The notes beneath the pieces are model-generated. The model did no database searches and had not been told where the DNA came from. It saw nothing but the letters and a program-made list of their open reading frames with translations. Position numbers and translations under genes: made by a program. A stretch of DNA of 64,000 nt, taken from NCBI GenBank assembly GCA_028023455.1, contig JAQFVV010000009.1, positions 1,860,001 to 1,924,000 on the forward strand, given 5' to 3'. This DNA comes from Epiperipatus broadwayi. Taxonomy: Eukaryota; Animalia; Onychophora. Shown here piece after piece: positions 13,331 through 27,480 of this stretch (position 1 is its first letter; every line of letters starts with the position of its first letter).

Positions 13331-15516
13331 TTAACAGTAACTAAAATACACATAAATACCTATTTTAACATATATATATATATATTAAAGTTAAATCAAA
13401 ATAAAATAAATACAAAGAACATAATATAATAATGATAAAAAAATACTATATATATATTTAATATACTTTTTAAAATAAATATGAAAGATACAGTATATTA
13501 CAGATACAGTATTAATAAGTTATGATAATAAAACAATATATAATAATATTAAATCAAGATTGAGACCTTCAACAGTTTCTAGCAATAAAATTAATTTTTC
13601 TTATCTTCTGCTATGAATCAACCACAGGCCTAATTATGGTATGGTACCATGACCCTTCCCCAATATAGCATGTTTATAAATTTAATTATTACAAAGAAAC
13701 ACACAATTATGATTATTAATCAGTCCTTCATCAATAGAGAAAGACTATATGATTCAGAATCCGACTGGCACAATATAGCTTTTTTTAACAATGCAATTTA
13801 ATTATCTCCATTCTAATAATGATTCTGATCATCATCTTTAAGTGATGGTCATTAAGGTACAAATAACAGTCTGATATTAATAAATATCATCAAATCTTGG
13901 TGGTCTTCTACTATTTTGCCAATATAGTTCTTTCAGCTACAATCTAATGACTGTTCCTGGCTAGTTTTCTTAATATATTTGTCCCATGATGAACAGTGAG
14001 AAAGAACAGAGTTTGATTTGTTAACTGCCTATTTATATCCCTTCTCATGGCAATATTATAAATACTCCTTCAGTCACATTTATAGTCACTGGTAATTTTA
14101 TTTCATTCAGTCACTAATGAATTTCTTAGTTTATAATAAAAGTTTTTTTTTTTTTTAAAATCCAACAGAACATAAATTAAGGATATAATTATAACACAAA
14201 ATAAAGTTTGCATCAGCTTTTTTTATACATACTAAAGAAAATAAGATCAGTTTTTCTTTTCGTATCTTCAAATAACATAAATTAAGGATTAAAGTAATGA
14301 ATTATTAATATAAATATATCCCAAAATAAAGTTTTATATCAGCATCTTCCTTTTCATTCTCATGTGCTATTTAAAATATATAATTTTAACCAATTATCCT
14401 TATTTAATAATCAATTAATATAAAATATGTTCATTATACAGTGATATTAAAATGTACATTTGTAAATACATTGTAATGATATTTATGAGTACAGTATATG
14501 TATAATCATATATATATATATCTAAAAATATACCATAGCTCTCTATTATTTACAAAATCATGCTATCATTTGATATGTATTATATCTCATTTTTTTATTT
14601 TCAAAACAAGAGAAAAAATAATTCTCTATTAATCTCTGAAGGTAATTGATAATTGCTGCATAAGGATTGTAATAAATTTTTTTATTTACAAATACATTAA
14701 GTGATAGTGCAATCACTAATAATAATTTCAAATGTTTTTAGAATTAAATTTTCATTTCAAAATATCATCTAGTTTACATATCACAACTTTTTCAAGGAAG
14801 TGATAGAATGATAGACTCAAGAGGTAAGAATACCTGGATTAAAACTACTATCATTTCTAGCATTTGAATAGCCTCCCAGATAACAAAGTATTTGATTATT
14901 ATTATTTTTTTTATCTTTCAAAAACTATGATTAACTGGTTGAAAATACATGCACAGATATGGAAACTATTATAAAATCCAGAACTATAAGTACCTTACTG
15001 CTTTACAGCGCCATAAGTCAAATCACTATAAGTTAAGAAAGTGGGGTTCTTGTAGTTCAATGATAACGGAAAAATGATGGGAAGAAAGACTTAGTAACAT
15101 GGAATTTTTAAGATATATCTTAAACTTGAACAAAATCTTAATGAATTTTTATTATCCTGATAGAGATTATAATATTAGATATAATTTATTAAAAGATAAA
15201 TCTATCTATCATTAGTTTACAATGGAAAGATGTAAGTAATGAGATGATTTAAAATATGGTTTATTTCAATTATCTTAAATAATAACACTACTGCCCCTAA
15301 TAAATAGCTCAAAATCCAATCAACAAATAGAAGCAAAAATTCTATATATATTAAAATAATAGTGAAACTTATAAAACGAAAAAAAAAAAAAATCTTTGAT
15401 TATTATTTTTTGTTATTAATATTTTGTTCTATTTGAAGTGCAACATCCAAATTCCATTCTTTGTAAAATGTTAAATCAATAAACATCACATGATCACTAT
15501 TTATTATGCTTGCTCT

Positions 15517-15815
15517 TAACTGTTATTAAAACAGGCAAAACTCTCTATACGTATTGCCACTCAGTGCAAGCCAGAGTAATCAATGGATGCCAGAAGGCTT
15601 GTGCTCTCAGATACAAGTCAGAGTAATCAATGGATGCCAGAAGGCTTGTGCTCTCAGATCCAAGGCTCCTCACTGACAAAGGCCACAAGTCAGAAACTAA
15701 TTTGGGGATATTGGATGATTAGGAATGGGGATTTTATGCACAAGCCTTCTGGCATCCATTGATTATTCTGGCTTGCACTGAGTGGCAATACGTATAGAGA
15801 GTTTTACCTGTTTTA
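15517..15815. mobile_element. Non-autonomous DNA element (MITE) with ~80-bp TIRs and an internal 46-bp tandem duplication
   Basis: ttaaaacaggcaaaactctctatacgtattgccactcagtgcaagccagag... vs ...ctggcttgcactgagtggcaatacgtatagagagttttacctgttttaa (about 2 mismatches); caagccagagtaatcaatggatgccagaaggcttgtgctctcagat occurs at ~15567 and ~15614. Confidence 0.85.
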
Positions 15816-16139
15816 AAATGTTAAATCATTGATGTAACAACAAAATCTTTCAAAGACTTTTTTTTACATATTAATATTATTTCTAAATAAAATATGGTGA
15901 GGTTATTGGGGAAGGCTAATGGAATATTACTAAAATAGAGATTTACTTACTAATACTTTTTATATTCATATGATCTCTTAATGAAATTAAATTGAATAAT
16001 AGAAATTACTACAGAAAAGTTAGAATTTTTTTTGCTACAAATAAAATTTAATACTATTAGATTGGGGGGGGGGGGATTTTGGAAATAGATAAAATCTTTT
16101 TCTGAAAAGAATAGAATGCAAATAATAGAATAAGCAGTT

Positions 16140-17450
16140 TTGGGGGAAATGTCATGGATATGGTAATAGACAGACTATAAGTAGTGGATTAAAAACTAAT
16201 TAAAGTTATACCCTCTACCAATCTACTAGTGATGATTAAAAGCCATATTTTGTGGAAAAAAACTAAAATAACAGCAAAAGTAAGAGAAATTATGCTTAGT
16301 TATTCAAAACTGAAATTTTGTACTTACATAAGGCAAAGAGACAAATATTGTTGCAGATTTTGATATACATGTAAAAATAAATACAACAATAAATGCCATA
16401 AAAGGCAAATTTACATTATCATATTAAATAGATTGTGTTATTTCAAAATTAATTAATACTGTTTTCAAAACAATAGTTTGTATACTCACATACACAATAA
16501 TAATCATTTTACAATTCATTTTATTGATAAAGACACATGTATCACATTACTTCCAATGTCAATTGAAAGTACTTGAAAGTAAAATAAAGAAATCCATGGA
16601 AAAATTAGTATAAAAAAAAAAAAAAACAGTAAAAAAAACAAAACAAAAAAAAAGGTAGTTAGTTATTTGTCAGATAATTAGAAAAATGAAAGACTTTAAA
16701 CATAGCATGTGGGCAGAATTATGTATAAGATGGTAGATATAATCTGTTAAATAAGTAAATTAAGTTTTAAAAAAATAAATAAATAAAATAAACAGTCAAA
16801 AGTTAATAAAGAAAAAAATGGATATAATAAATGGTTGGGAAGAGAATGGAATTGAATTATATGTTCAAATAAATAGTTAAACAAACCAGTGATTAATAAA
16901 GACAAAATGGACTGAGACTATTAAAAGATAAAAAATTGTGAAAGCTATAAGTAATGAACATAAAAAAACAAAAAATTTATGAAATTCCAATGATATTTTC
17001 AACAATAAATAAATAAATGATTAGAAAATCTACATAAACAAAATTTGTGTTTCACTAATGTTGTCTTCAATACTATGATTTCGCTGGAGAATAATTAAGT
17101 CAGAAGACTAAAAAATAATAACTATACATCCAGAAAAGATTATTCAGATATAAATGGAAGAATTTCCAATATGTTGGATTAAGTTTTATCTGAAAAGCAA
17201 ATCATCTTAATTTTAAAATGTAAAAAATAAAGGATTTGAGCATGTTTTAAAGTGGTTTATTGGGAGATAAGCAAAGAAATTAAGATCATATATGCTTTAA
17301 ACATTTGGGAAAATCTTTAAAAAGATAAAATAGAGACACAATACAAGTAGTATCAATGAAATTAGAGAAAATATTAATGACTAAACTGGACTTTAATATT
17401 TTTATTTTGAGTTCCAGTGAAATTGTACCAGAATATAGTTTATATAGAAC
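16140..17450 (+). mobile_element. Highly decayed LINE (APE/RT relics)
   Basis: attaaagttatacc (IKVYxP-like) and attgttgcagattttgat (IVAGDFN-like); purine-rich coding-type composition; no intact frame. Confidence 0.3.
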
Positions 17451-19217
17451 AGAAACTAATAATTATGAAAAACGAAAAGATTGAAAACTTTAAAAATAAT
17501 GATTTGGGACAAAAAAAAAAAAAAGTGGAAAATATACTTAAAATCCAGAATTGATGAAAAAAATACAGCTAAAAATATTATTGAAAAAAAAAAAAAGAAA
17601 ATAGATTTGGATAGAATAAATGTTGTATATACATATTTCCATATACAATGAGCTATGTTTAATTTAAAATTTATGTATTAAATCTTATTTAATTATTGTA
17701 GTCATGATGTTAAAAGAGATTCTGTCTCCAGACATATAATTTATTATTAGTTTAATAACTCAAGAGCCACTCTGAATTAGCAAGTTGACAAAGGTATGCT
17801 TATAAACATCAGAGTTCCAAGAATAGGTAAATTTATTTTATTCTTAATCCTTTGTTCAACATTTATAGTGTTTTTGATTTATAGACTGAGGAAAAGCGAG
17901 TTAGTCCCTTTATTTACATATACATCAAACTATTTAACTTAATGTATATACACAGTATATATATACACACACACATACAATAAATATACAATGTTAAGAA
18001 AAGTAGAGAATGTAAGGGGAACAAAAGAACAAATAATTTAAATGAGAGGTCTTGATATAAGAGTTTGAAGTAACCAACAGCAAGGAAGGATTGAATAAAA
18101 GTATAGGATAAAAGATTTGCTTATTGAAAAATAAGTATGATAATGAATTATAAAAAATTGTAAGATTAATATAAAATACATAAGAAATAATAAGTATTCG
18201 TTAAGAGTAAATGATTTAATTTAGAAAAGAGTGATAAAGTAAAGAAGTGGGATTGATATATAAAATGTCTTTTTCGTAATAATTAATGGTATCAATGATA
18301 AAAGATAAAAACTCTATTTTAACACCTGTTCAGTTTTAAAAAAAAGTTAAATGGTTATGGAAATCATTTTACTCATCAAATTTGCTTTTAGCATGGACAT
18401 CAAAACTTTGTAATGATTGCAGACAATGTAACTGACCTTTAGAAAATGATCAAATTAATGCACAAAATATTAAAATTCTAAAGTGAATAATGGGAATAAA
18501 AATTTAAAATAAATTATTAAAATCTACATATCATATAAAGATTTATTTTGTTATGTTATATTGTTATCACATTATTTTTGTTCAAAGATATAAAAATACA
18601 GAATTTTAGTAATGGATTCAAAAATTTTCATGTTTATATTATGTTGATAGAAATAATACTGAAGAATCATTAAATGTAATTAAAGTTTGCATAATATACT
18701 ATAAAACTGGACAGTTCCCTAATGCTTGTTGATATATTTGCAGCCAATTGGATTTTGATTTCTTTCTCAATATCACTGTGAAAATCATTTTCTTTTGATT
18801 TATTTTATTTTATATTATATAATTTTGTAATTTTTTTTCTTTTATTATTATAATCAATATTTGTTTTCTTTTTTATTCATTCCAAACAAATTGAGTTTTA
18901 AGTATGTATGAATTTTGATATACACATTTAAAAGTAATATTATTTAAAAGAAAATATTAATTATTCTAATGATTATTAAGATTATATATGTATATAAAAA
19001 ATATGGTATTGCATTTTCAAGTTATTTTGGTTTTTATCTATGCATCTCCATCAATTCCACCATATCAGAACTATCTCTTACCATCTGCAATACTATACTT
19101 TTTATATATAATCAACCATCACTCAATAGAAGTATCAAACACTTGAATCTTCATACCCTTGTTGAACTTTCGCTATAAAAAAATTTCTTTGGAAAATAAA
19201 AAATAAAAGCCATATGC

Positions 19218-19328
19218 TAGAAAATAGTCTGAGGATATTGGATGAGTAGGCACTAGATAAGGATTTTATGCACATCCACTGATTACTAAGGCTTGCATTT
19301 GATGGTATTGCTGTAAGGAGAGTTTGCT
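19218..19328 (+). repeat. Decayed partial copy of the 15.5-15.8 kb MITE
   Basis: gaggatattggatgagtagg...ggattttatgcacatccactgattactaaggcttgcatttgatgg...gagagttt matches 15705-15805. Confidence 0.65.
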
Positions 19329-20414
19329 ATTATTATTAACGGCCGTGTAACCACATGAAATGGTGATCACATGATGTTTTTAAATATAATAATTGCAAAT
19401 ATAATTTTATTGTTATTAATAAATTTTATTTAAAAATTAATCTACTACCTATCCTAAAGGTGAAAAATATTTACTTGTTTATTGACAAATTTTGGAGAAA
19501 ACATCAACATGTTTATCACATTATAAAACTTCTTAAATTAAAAACAAATACGATCACAAAAAAATACAAGAAAATTTGAAATATAACAAATGAAATAAAA
19601 TACGTAAAAGTTATAAATTTAACAACATTATTTAATAAAATATAAACAATGACTAAACATTTTTTAAAAGGTCAATTAAAGTCATGAAACATTCTTTTAT
19701 TAACATATTCAAAATTTGGGATCACTCTAATTTTACTGTTTCCGACAGGAAATCTTGATGAATTATATACAGTAAGTAAGTAGTCAGTTGAAATTTGTTA
19801 GATAATTTTATAGTCCTACAAATATATGTACACTACGAGTAATAAGTATAAAAATTGTATAATTCGAGGATATATAATGGTAATAACTTCAAAATGAAAA
19901 CAAAACAGGCAACATAGTTAAAACTTTAAAATTTCCCGGTATGCAATTCGACATAAACTAGGTTTAAAATACATTGATAGATAGGAAATATTCATAGGAA
20001 TTGTGAAAGAACAATTTAAATTAAAAATAATAATATAGATTTAAAAAATAATGAAATTATCGAAATATATATATACATACTGATATAATCATGATCGAAA
20101 TTGACATTGCAAACTATATCATTGATACTTTTTCTAAAAAATAAACAAGTGAATTCTAAAAGTTAAAATATTAGCTAATAAAAACTTTTACCAATTATAA
20201 TTGCGCACTTGTTTGAATTTACGAAAAATCATTTTAAGTAAGAAACAAGTATGGATTTTATTAAGAAATATGGCAACGTTATTTTGTAGACTGTATTCAA
20301 TCGCAAACACAACTTTCTATAGTAACAAAAGTATTGAAATTAGATCTGAAAATCTAATAATTTCGACATTTGAACGTGAAATCATTACGTTCCTCGCCCA
20401 ATATTTTATTTTAC

Positions 20415-20450
20415 CTGATTCAAATATTGACTTAAACTGAAATGAGCCAT
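20415..20450 (-). CDS. PCID2: PCID2 exon 1 (start codon)
   Basis: Minus strand ATG GCT CAT TTC AGT TTA AGT CAA TAT TTG AAT CAG|gtaaaa = MAHFSLSQYLNQ, matching MAHITINQYLQQ. Confidence 0.95.
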
Positions 20451-20615
20451 GTTTTGCGCCGAAAATTTAATTTTTATTATCTTCCAATCATAACGACGTA
20501 AAAACTTTTCTCCGAATATTTTTATTTGCTTACCAATCAAAACGAAGAAATAAATGATATTTGTTTAATTCACATTAAAGATCTGCTTGCTGATTTTCAA
20601 TGGCAGAATCTAATA
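20451..20615. promoter_or_regulatory. Compact bidirectional promoter
   Basis: 165 bp between divergent ATGs; CCAATCA at 20484 and 20533 (NF-Y-type boxes); quasi-palindromic ttttgcgccgaaaa at 20452-20465; lies in the main CpG-retaining block of the window. Confidence 0.7.
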
Positions 20616-20966
20616 ATGGGAGAAGAGTTAGACAAAAGCAGTACATTTTCTTTGTTAATATGTTCAAAATTAAATGAAAAAGAAATATTAAATGCTCATA
20701 ACCATATTCGAAAATATGCATATATAGGAGAAAATTTAGATGTTGTTTTGATTTTAAAATATAATGGAGAAAAAAAAATCCCGACATTAACTGAATGGAA
20801 AGCGCGGATGCGATACTTGTTGGCAACCGCAAATGTATCTGCTCTCGAAGTAATACCTCCCCGAGGTCCCAGTGTAAATGATCGGCGAAATAAAAAGGAC
20901 TATCAGTTTTGTGACTCTTTGCTTTGCCATGGTATTGGTTCTGATACGGATAATTCTACTAAAAGG
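20616..20966 (+). CDS. Uncharacterised gene X, exon 1 (117 aa)
   Basis: 147-codon open frame in AT-rich DNA; ATG 20616 (MGEELDKSSTFSLLICSK...DTDNSTKR); strong donor AGG|gtaagc at 20967, phase 0. Confidence 0.8.
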
Positions 20967-21952
20967 GTAAGCTTTTTACTTATAATAATAGAATCCCATT
21001 ATAAAAAAGATGCTGTTTTTTTTTTCAACGATTGACTTTTATTTGAATCGACAGACTTGTATATAATTATTTGTAGCATTATTTAACTTAAAATGAAACA
21101 CAAATAATTTTAGAGGAGGAAGAGATAAAGTATAAATAATTATAGGAATTTATTGATTAATTAAAATACTGTAAATATAATTTAATATGTTATTGCATCA
21201 AATTTTTTTCACCATTATTTAAAATTTATTTTTTGTCAAATTCTAACCATGCATCACAAGTTCTTAATTGGTTCCTTTCCTCCCATTAAGTTTCACTAAC
21301 TGTAGCATTGTAATTTAATTAATTAACACTTAATTGTTTGTAAAACAAGACGCAATCCCTTTATTACCAATTAATAGTTTTTCTCTTTATTTAAAACAAT
21401 ATATAACAGCAGAGATAATTACTATAAAATAAAATTCCACAGAGTTTATAATTTGAATTCATGCGAAAATGTCTTTTTCTTATAAATTGCCTATTTGAAA
21501 ATAATATTTTTGTAGTTGTTAATACTAACTACATCATACTGTTATTTGCCATTGAGCGAATTATATTGGAAATATACATTTGAATTCATTTCACTCTCCG
21601 TCCTATTACCAGTTCATGCTTAGTCAAAATACTTTGTTTGTTTTTTTTACTTTAACCTACACTTTAATATCAGTATTCAAAATAAAATTATTTTATCGCA
21701 TCAAAAATTGCTAATATTTTATAATTACTACGGGCTCATTACTACCTTTATCCATTTTTTTGTTGCAGCTGCTATTATTTTTATTTATTTTTTTTACTTT
21801 TGATATGATTAACCTCAGTATTACAAAGTATTAAAAGCGTATGTACAGCGTCTGTTTCGAAAGCAATTGTATAATTAAAAAAATGCCCTCTGAATTTAAA
21901 AATGTTTTTAAAAGTGAAATCAACTTCTTAAAATTTTGGGTTATTATCTAAA

Positions 21953-22150
21953 CTAATGCTCTCTAATTGAAATACGATACGAATTTCTATAATTTTTACA
22001 GCTATAATCACATTCAAATAAACACTTCTGAAGTATTGTTATGTATATGTCAATCATATGTGCGATATTAGGAAATAGACATGCATCTGAGTGATTTATG
22101 AGCTCTTTACACAAAATTGTAGACAATCTTGAAAGAAGGTATAAAAACAT
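21953..22150 (-). mobile_element. Possible hAT transposase C-terminal (dimerisation domain) relic
   Basis: LFPNIAHMIDIYITI...CLFECDYS resembles hAT FPNLxxLxxIxLTLP...xERSFS; degenerate. Confidence 0.35.
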
Positions 22151-22599
22151 ATATGCATATTAATGCATATTACCACTACTTTTTTTACACATAGTTTTCG
22201 ATATTGAAAGAATTATATAAATGGCTTATAATATGATTTTGATTAAATCGGTCTTTTAGTTAAAGGGCTCACTTCTCCTAGTACCTTCATACCATTGCTA
22301 GTAAAACTGTAGTATTTGTAAATTAAGATATACATATATATTTATCTTTGTTTTGTTGTATAAGATTTCTATATTTTCCAAAGTGTAACAATGAATTTGA
22401 AAGCTATGATGGGGAACTAAAACCCCTTGAAATATCACCTAAACAGAGTAAGTTGAAAGAGAGACTAGACTAAATAGATATAGAATATTTCCAATTTGAG
22501 AATTATTATGGTGAACCAATATCCCAGCTAGTATAAAAAGAATATCACTACAAAACCTAAAGTTAAAAAGTTTGAAGGGTTGAATTTAAAAAAATGATT

Positions 22600-24120
22600 A
22601 TAGAAAAGAAAATGGACTATAAATATTAGGTCTTTTGAATAAAATGTCTTTACCAAGGAAATTATAAAAGATACAATATGGGCATTGTTATGTTATCAGG
22701 GACAGAGAGAAATGTAAAGGTAGAAGATTAATGACTATACCCGTCTATGGAATGAAGTGGAAAAATATCACTGGGCAACAATAGCAGATTCAGTATTAAG
22801 GAAAAATCTACAACAGAAGATAGTAAGATGGGAATGAAAGAATAATAACTTTGAGTTTGATTTGTTTCCAAGAAAAGTAGTATATACTTAGGACTATGTG
22901 TACTTACAAATAATTTTGGAAATGAAATAAAGGAAGAATGTTGAGATTTAATATCTGAAATAGTAAAACAAATACCAAGAAAAAAATAAATTTGTAATTA
23001 CAGAGATTTAAATGCGAAAAGAGTCAGGAGAAATATGAAAATTTGAAGAAAGAATAGAAATGACAATGAGGTTCACCTGATAGAATTTTGTAATCAGCTT
23101 AATCTTAAAATCATTAATACATTTTTTTCCAGCATAAAATAATAAATAAAGTCATGTGGAAATAAATGACAAGAAATATTCAATTGGTTATTGATTATAT
23201 TATTGTAGTACAGAGAAATTCAGTTAGAATTCATGATGTCAGGGCTTTCAGAGGAGCAAAATATGATAATGACTTGTTCAATATTATATGTTTATAGTTA
23301 TGGAGAGGTAAACAGAAAATAATATTATGGAATAGAAGATTAATAAAGTATAAGAGAAAGCTTGACATTGAAATGGTTAAATGATGAAAATATAAAATAG
23401 CTATTTACATAAACAGTGGAGAATTACATGACATTTTGATGACAATTCATAAAAAAATTATAGATTTTGTTAAAGAAAAGATTGAGAAGGTAGTATATGA
23501 AGTTCTGGGATGGCAAGATACATTGAGAAATAGAATTTGGATAATGCAGGATATTATGGAGAAAATGGGGAGGGGAAAGATGAAAGTATATCAATGATGG
23601 ATTTGATAAAATAGAACATGAGAAAATTTATAAAAATTAAACAGTGAATTAAAAAATTATGAAAACAAAATAAATAAATAAACATTTGCAAATGAAAATT
23701 TCAGAAGTTGTAACAAAACTAATAATTAAGGGACAGATGTTCAGATAATAATGAAGAGCTTTAAAAAGGAATAACATAGAATGAAAATATCTGTGATTAA
23801 AATAAAGGAATGGGCTACATATTATATTCACCTTTTAAATCAAGAAAGAGGATATACAGTGGATTATAAAGACAAATTAGAGGATACAGAATTTGATATT
23901 GGGGGAAAAGAGGTGTTAAAATATATACAGTATCAAAAAAAAAAAAACTTGGAACAGAAAAAAATAAGCTGTTTTTGGAGAAAAATGTTAAATTGATTAC
24001 CAGATTGATAACATTAATTTTATAGAAATATACTAGTAGAGACTGATGTCCTTGGGATATTCGTCATTAATCTTTAAGAGAGGAAATGAAAGTAAATTTG
24101 TTAATTGTAAAGAAATATGT
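22600..24120 (+). mobile_element. Decayed LINE (APE endonuclease to start of RT)
   Basis: DLNAK, RNDNEVHLIEFCNQLNLKIINTFF and IDYIIV...IHDVRAFRGA motifs at ~23000-23280. Confidence 0.65.
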
Positions 24121-25029
24121 ATTCTCAACATTATTTCAAGATATTAGTAAAAATTGAAGTAAATGTGAGATCTCTAAAAAACAGTGCACTTTAACAATAA
24201 ATGAAGATTGAAAATAGCCATAAAGAGATAAATATGATTTTTGTTAATGTTATGTCCTAAAGTTATTGGAATATGAGTCAGGCAGCATTGATAAGTTTTA
24301 AATAAATCTAAGTACAAATTAATTATAACAAAATAAATTTATTTAATATTAATAACAAATTAAGAAGAAAATAACTAGTAGAATAAAGAAGTGAAATTTC
24401 AGTAAAAATCTCTAAAGTCTATAAATAAACTCTTGCATGTGTGTATGACTTTCTACATACACGTAAGTATACAAATATAATTCTATTGCAGTGTGTATTA
24501 ACTGAAAAAAGTCTTTCATGTTCTTATTCAGGAATAACCGCAATATACATATACACATTAGGAATATAAATTCCTCACAACTATAGCACCATTATGCAGA
24601 CAATCAGCTAACACTGTAATATGTGAATCTTACTCATATTTATTTAGCTTCTTCACAATTCATTATTAATACTTTCATTATATACATTGGCCTCTTCATA
24701 AGCATACATTACCTTTTTTGTTAGCTTTCTTTAGCACCTGTTTAGCACACACATAAATCCAAACAGGGTTTTTTATTGCAAGAGTCCAATTATGATTGTC
24801 CCTCATTTGCATAATTTACATTTAAATATATGATTTACATATGAAGATTTTCTAGACTAGTTTAATACAATAAGGAGATAATTTATTTATGTTTCAACTG
24901 CACATATTTATATAGTAAAAAATATTAATCTTTATTTACATTATGTATGTATATTATATGCATGCAGACAATCCATCAAGTCAATTTGGAGAAAGCTTAT
25001 AGTAGTGTCTCTTAGACATTGTTGTAGAA

Positions 25030-25920
25030 AGCATTGTAATGTTTAGAACTGATTATTATTGATTAATATAATTAAAATAATATATATACAAATTAAATGT
25101 CAAGTGAAAATAGATCAGAAGTTGCCAAGAAATTTATGAGAGGTAAAGGTGTATTCCAGTATGTTATATGTTGGTAATCCTGTTCAAAATATGTATTGAT
25201 ATGGAAAATAGGAATGGATAAAAAGTATTATAAATGGGAATAAGATTATATAATGAGAAATATTTATTCTATTTATTATTTGCAGATGTTCATTTGATTA
25301 TAGAACAGAATATTGAATTCATATTCTGAAAAAAACTTATGAAGAAATAACCCAAGTAGGTATAAAATACCAATTTTAGAAAGAGTATTTGACAAAAAAA
25401 GAAAATGATATATTGATCATTAATGGATAAAAGTTGCCAGTTTTCAATATTTGGGATCAATCATTAAATAAAATATATCATCCAAAAGATGTATCTGTAA
25501 ATAATTGATAAAATGAAGCAGGCAATAAGATAAAAAGATATATATACAATGCACTGGTACAGAGTTCTCGTATATGGAATGAATTAATGGAGACAATATT
25601 AAAAGAAAATGAGCAGAGATTGTTGCTAATAAAAATAGATTGTTGGAGATCAGACAGATCAGGATTGGAGAAAAAGATAAATCAAAAGATCAGAGAAGTG
25701 ATTGGAGTTAATGATAATGAATAATCATTAAAAGAAAAATATTAAAATAATATAGTAATTTTATAAGAATAAATAAGAACAGAATACTGTGAATGATGAT
25801 TGATTAGAAAGTGAAGAGAGAAAAAAAGGTGTCAAGAAAATTATGGATAGAAGATCTTATGAATAACTTGGGAAGAACTGATCTGCCAGAGGCAGATAAT
25901 AGTTAATAAGATATAGATGG
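25030..25920 (+). mobile_element. Decayed LINE RT fragment
   Basis: aatcctgttcaaaatatgtattgat (PxLFKIYID-like) and tattctatttattatttgcagatg (LLFAD) motifs, then RT C-terminal relics. Confidence 0.55.
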
Positions 25921-26899
25921 TAAATATATGGGATTCTTTTGGTTGAAAAAATCCTGAAGAACTAATTCTTATAGCAGATTTTATCTATCATTCACACTTT
26001 TTTTTTGCATGCATTTTATTAATAATTTTGACTATTTTTATTAACTGTTGAAATTAATGAAGAAAAATAAAATGTTATATTCACCATAAATTTTATATAA
26101 ATCATAATCAATTATATGATTAGTATATTACTATGAATGAGAGAATTTTATTCTTCAAAATAAAATAAATAAAACCTACTTAGTATAAATAAGATTCACG
26201 TCTATTCTGATTTACAATTAATGATGTTTAAGGATTTGGAATAGTTCATAGGAAGGATACCTTTGAAATCAGTCTTATGAGCTTTATATTTCATAGTTTA
26301 CAATTCACAATTATATATAACACCTTATATTTCTGTAATTTTCTCATTTAAATAATAAGTTAAAGCTCTATAATATATTAATTTTATAACTGATTACATT
26401 GTACATATTTCTGTTGTAATGAACATATATAAGTATATATACACACACTAATAATAAGGTTTATAAAAAATAATATTAATTATTATTCCTGTTTATTCAA
26501 AATATAATTATTCAATTGTTACTAATTTTCTTCTTTTCTAAAACAATATATTATCTAGTAAATATATTGAAAGCATGTTAGACAGGATAAAGCTAAATAT
26601 TATTAAAAAATTACTTTTTCTGTGTGAGTTTTCATTTTACAAAATATAATCATCTATATGTTCTGTGTCTTTAAAGGCCATCATATTTAATAATTGTGTG
26701 TATTTTATCTTTCATGTTTTAAAATAAAGTAAATAAAATAAGCTTATTCTGAATTATGGCTAGTGATTTTTATATGCTTAGCATAACTGATGAAAGAGAT
26801 ATCTTTCAAACTGGCTGTGAGCCTTATAATATTCTCAGAATTTGGCTATTATATATAGCATCATGTTATAGTTTATTTCTACAATAAACTAGCAAAGGT

Positions 26900-27480
26900 T
26901 GCATAAATTCTCTCATTGTTATTGAAATTACAACTATACAATATAATAAGTTTCAAGGATCACAGTATTAGACAGTATTGGGTAGAAAATGAAATGCATA
27001 TTCAATTCTGTAAACATCTATCTTTATGTTGTTGAGACAATCATTTTACTTTTATTTTTTGCTATGTTTCTTAGTGTGTAAGACCACTGCAAATACTATC
27101 ATCTGCATAATTCATAAGTATGAGGATTCTCTGTTGTATCATACGCTTGAATTAATTTTTAACATTCTATCAGATAATGCAAGGAACATATCTTAATGAC
27201 AATATTTTTTTTGAAATTGATTTAATTAGAAATAAATCTAGACATATTTTCTTTTAGATATAAAGATATTTTGGGTCTTAATTATCTCATAATTAATGTA
27301 GATTATACTGTGTCTTAGAAACAGCACTGACCTCCTGTAATACATTAATATACATCATCAAGGGGTTTAGTTTTTTTTTTTTTTTCAAATACAGCTTTGT
27401 TTACGTTTATAAACTGAAATACATAAGGATGCTTTCTTTGGCTTTACTTTAATGCTTATAGCTATTTGTTGAAGACAGAA
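26900..27480 (-). mobile_element. Decayed LINE RT fragment
   Basis: Minus strand atgaattatgcagatgatagt = MNYADDS near 27100. Confidence 0.4.

Noticed and set aside
14170-14345. Degenerate short duplication (acataaattaaggat...caaaataaagttt)
   Set aside because: Low-complexity local duplication with no further structure.
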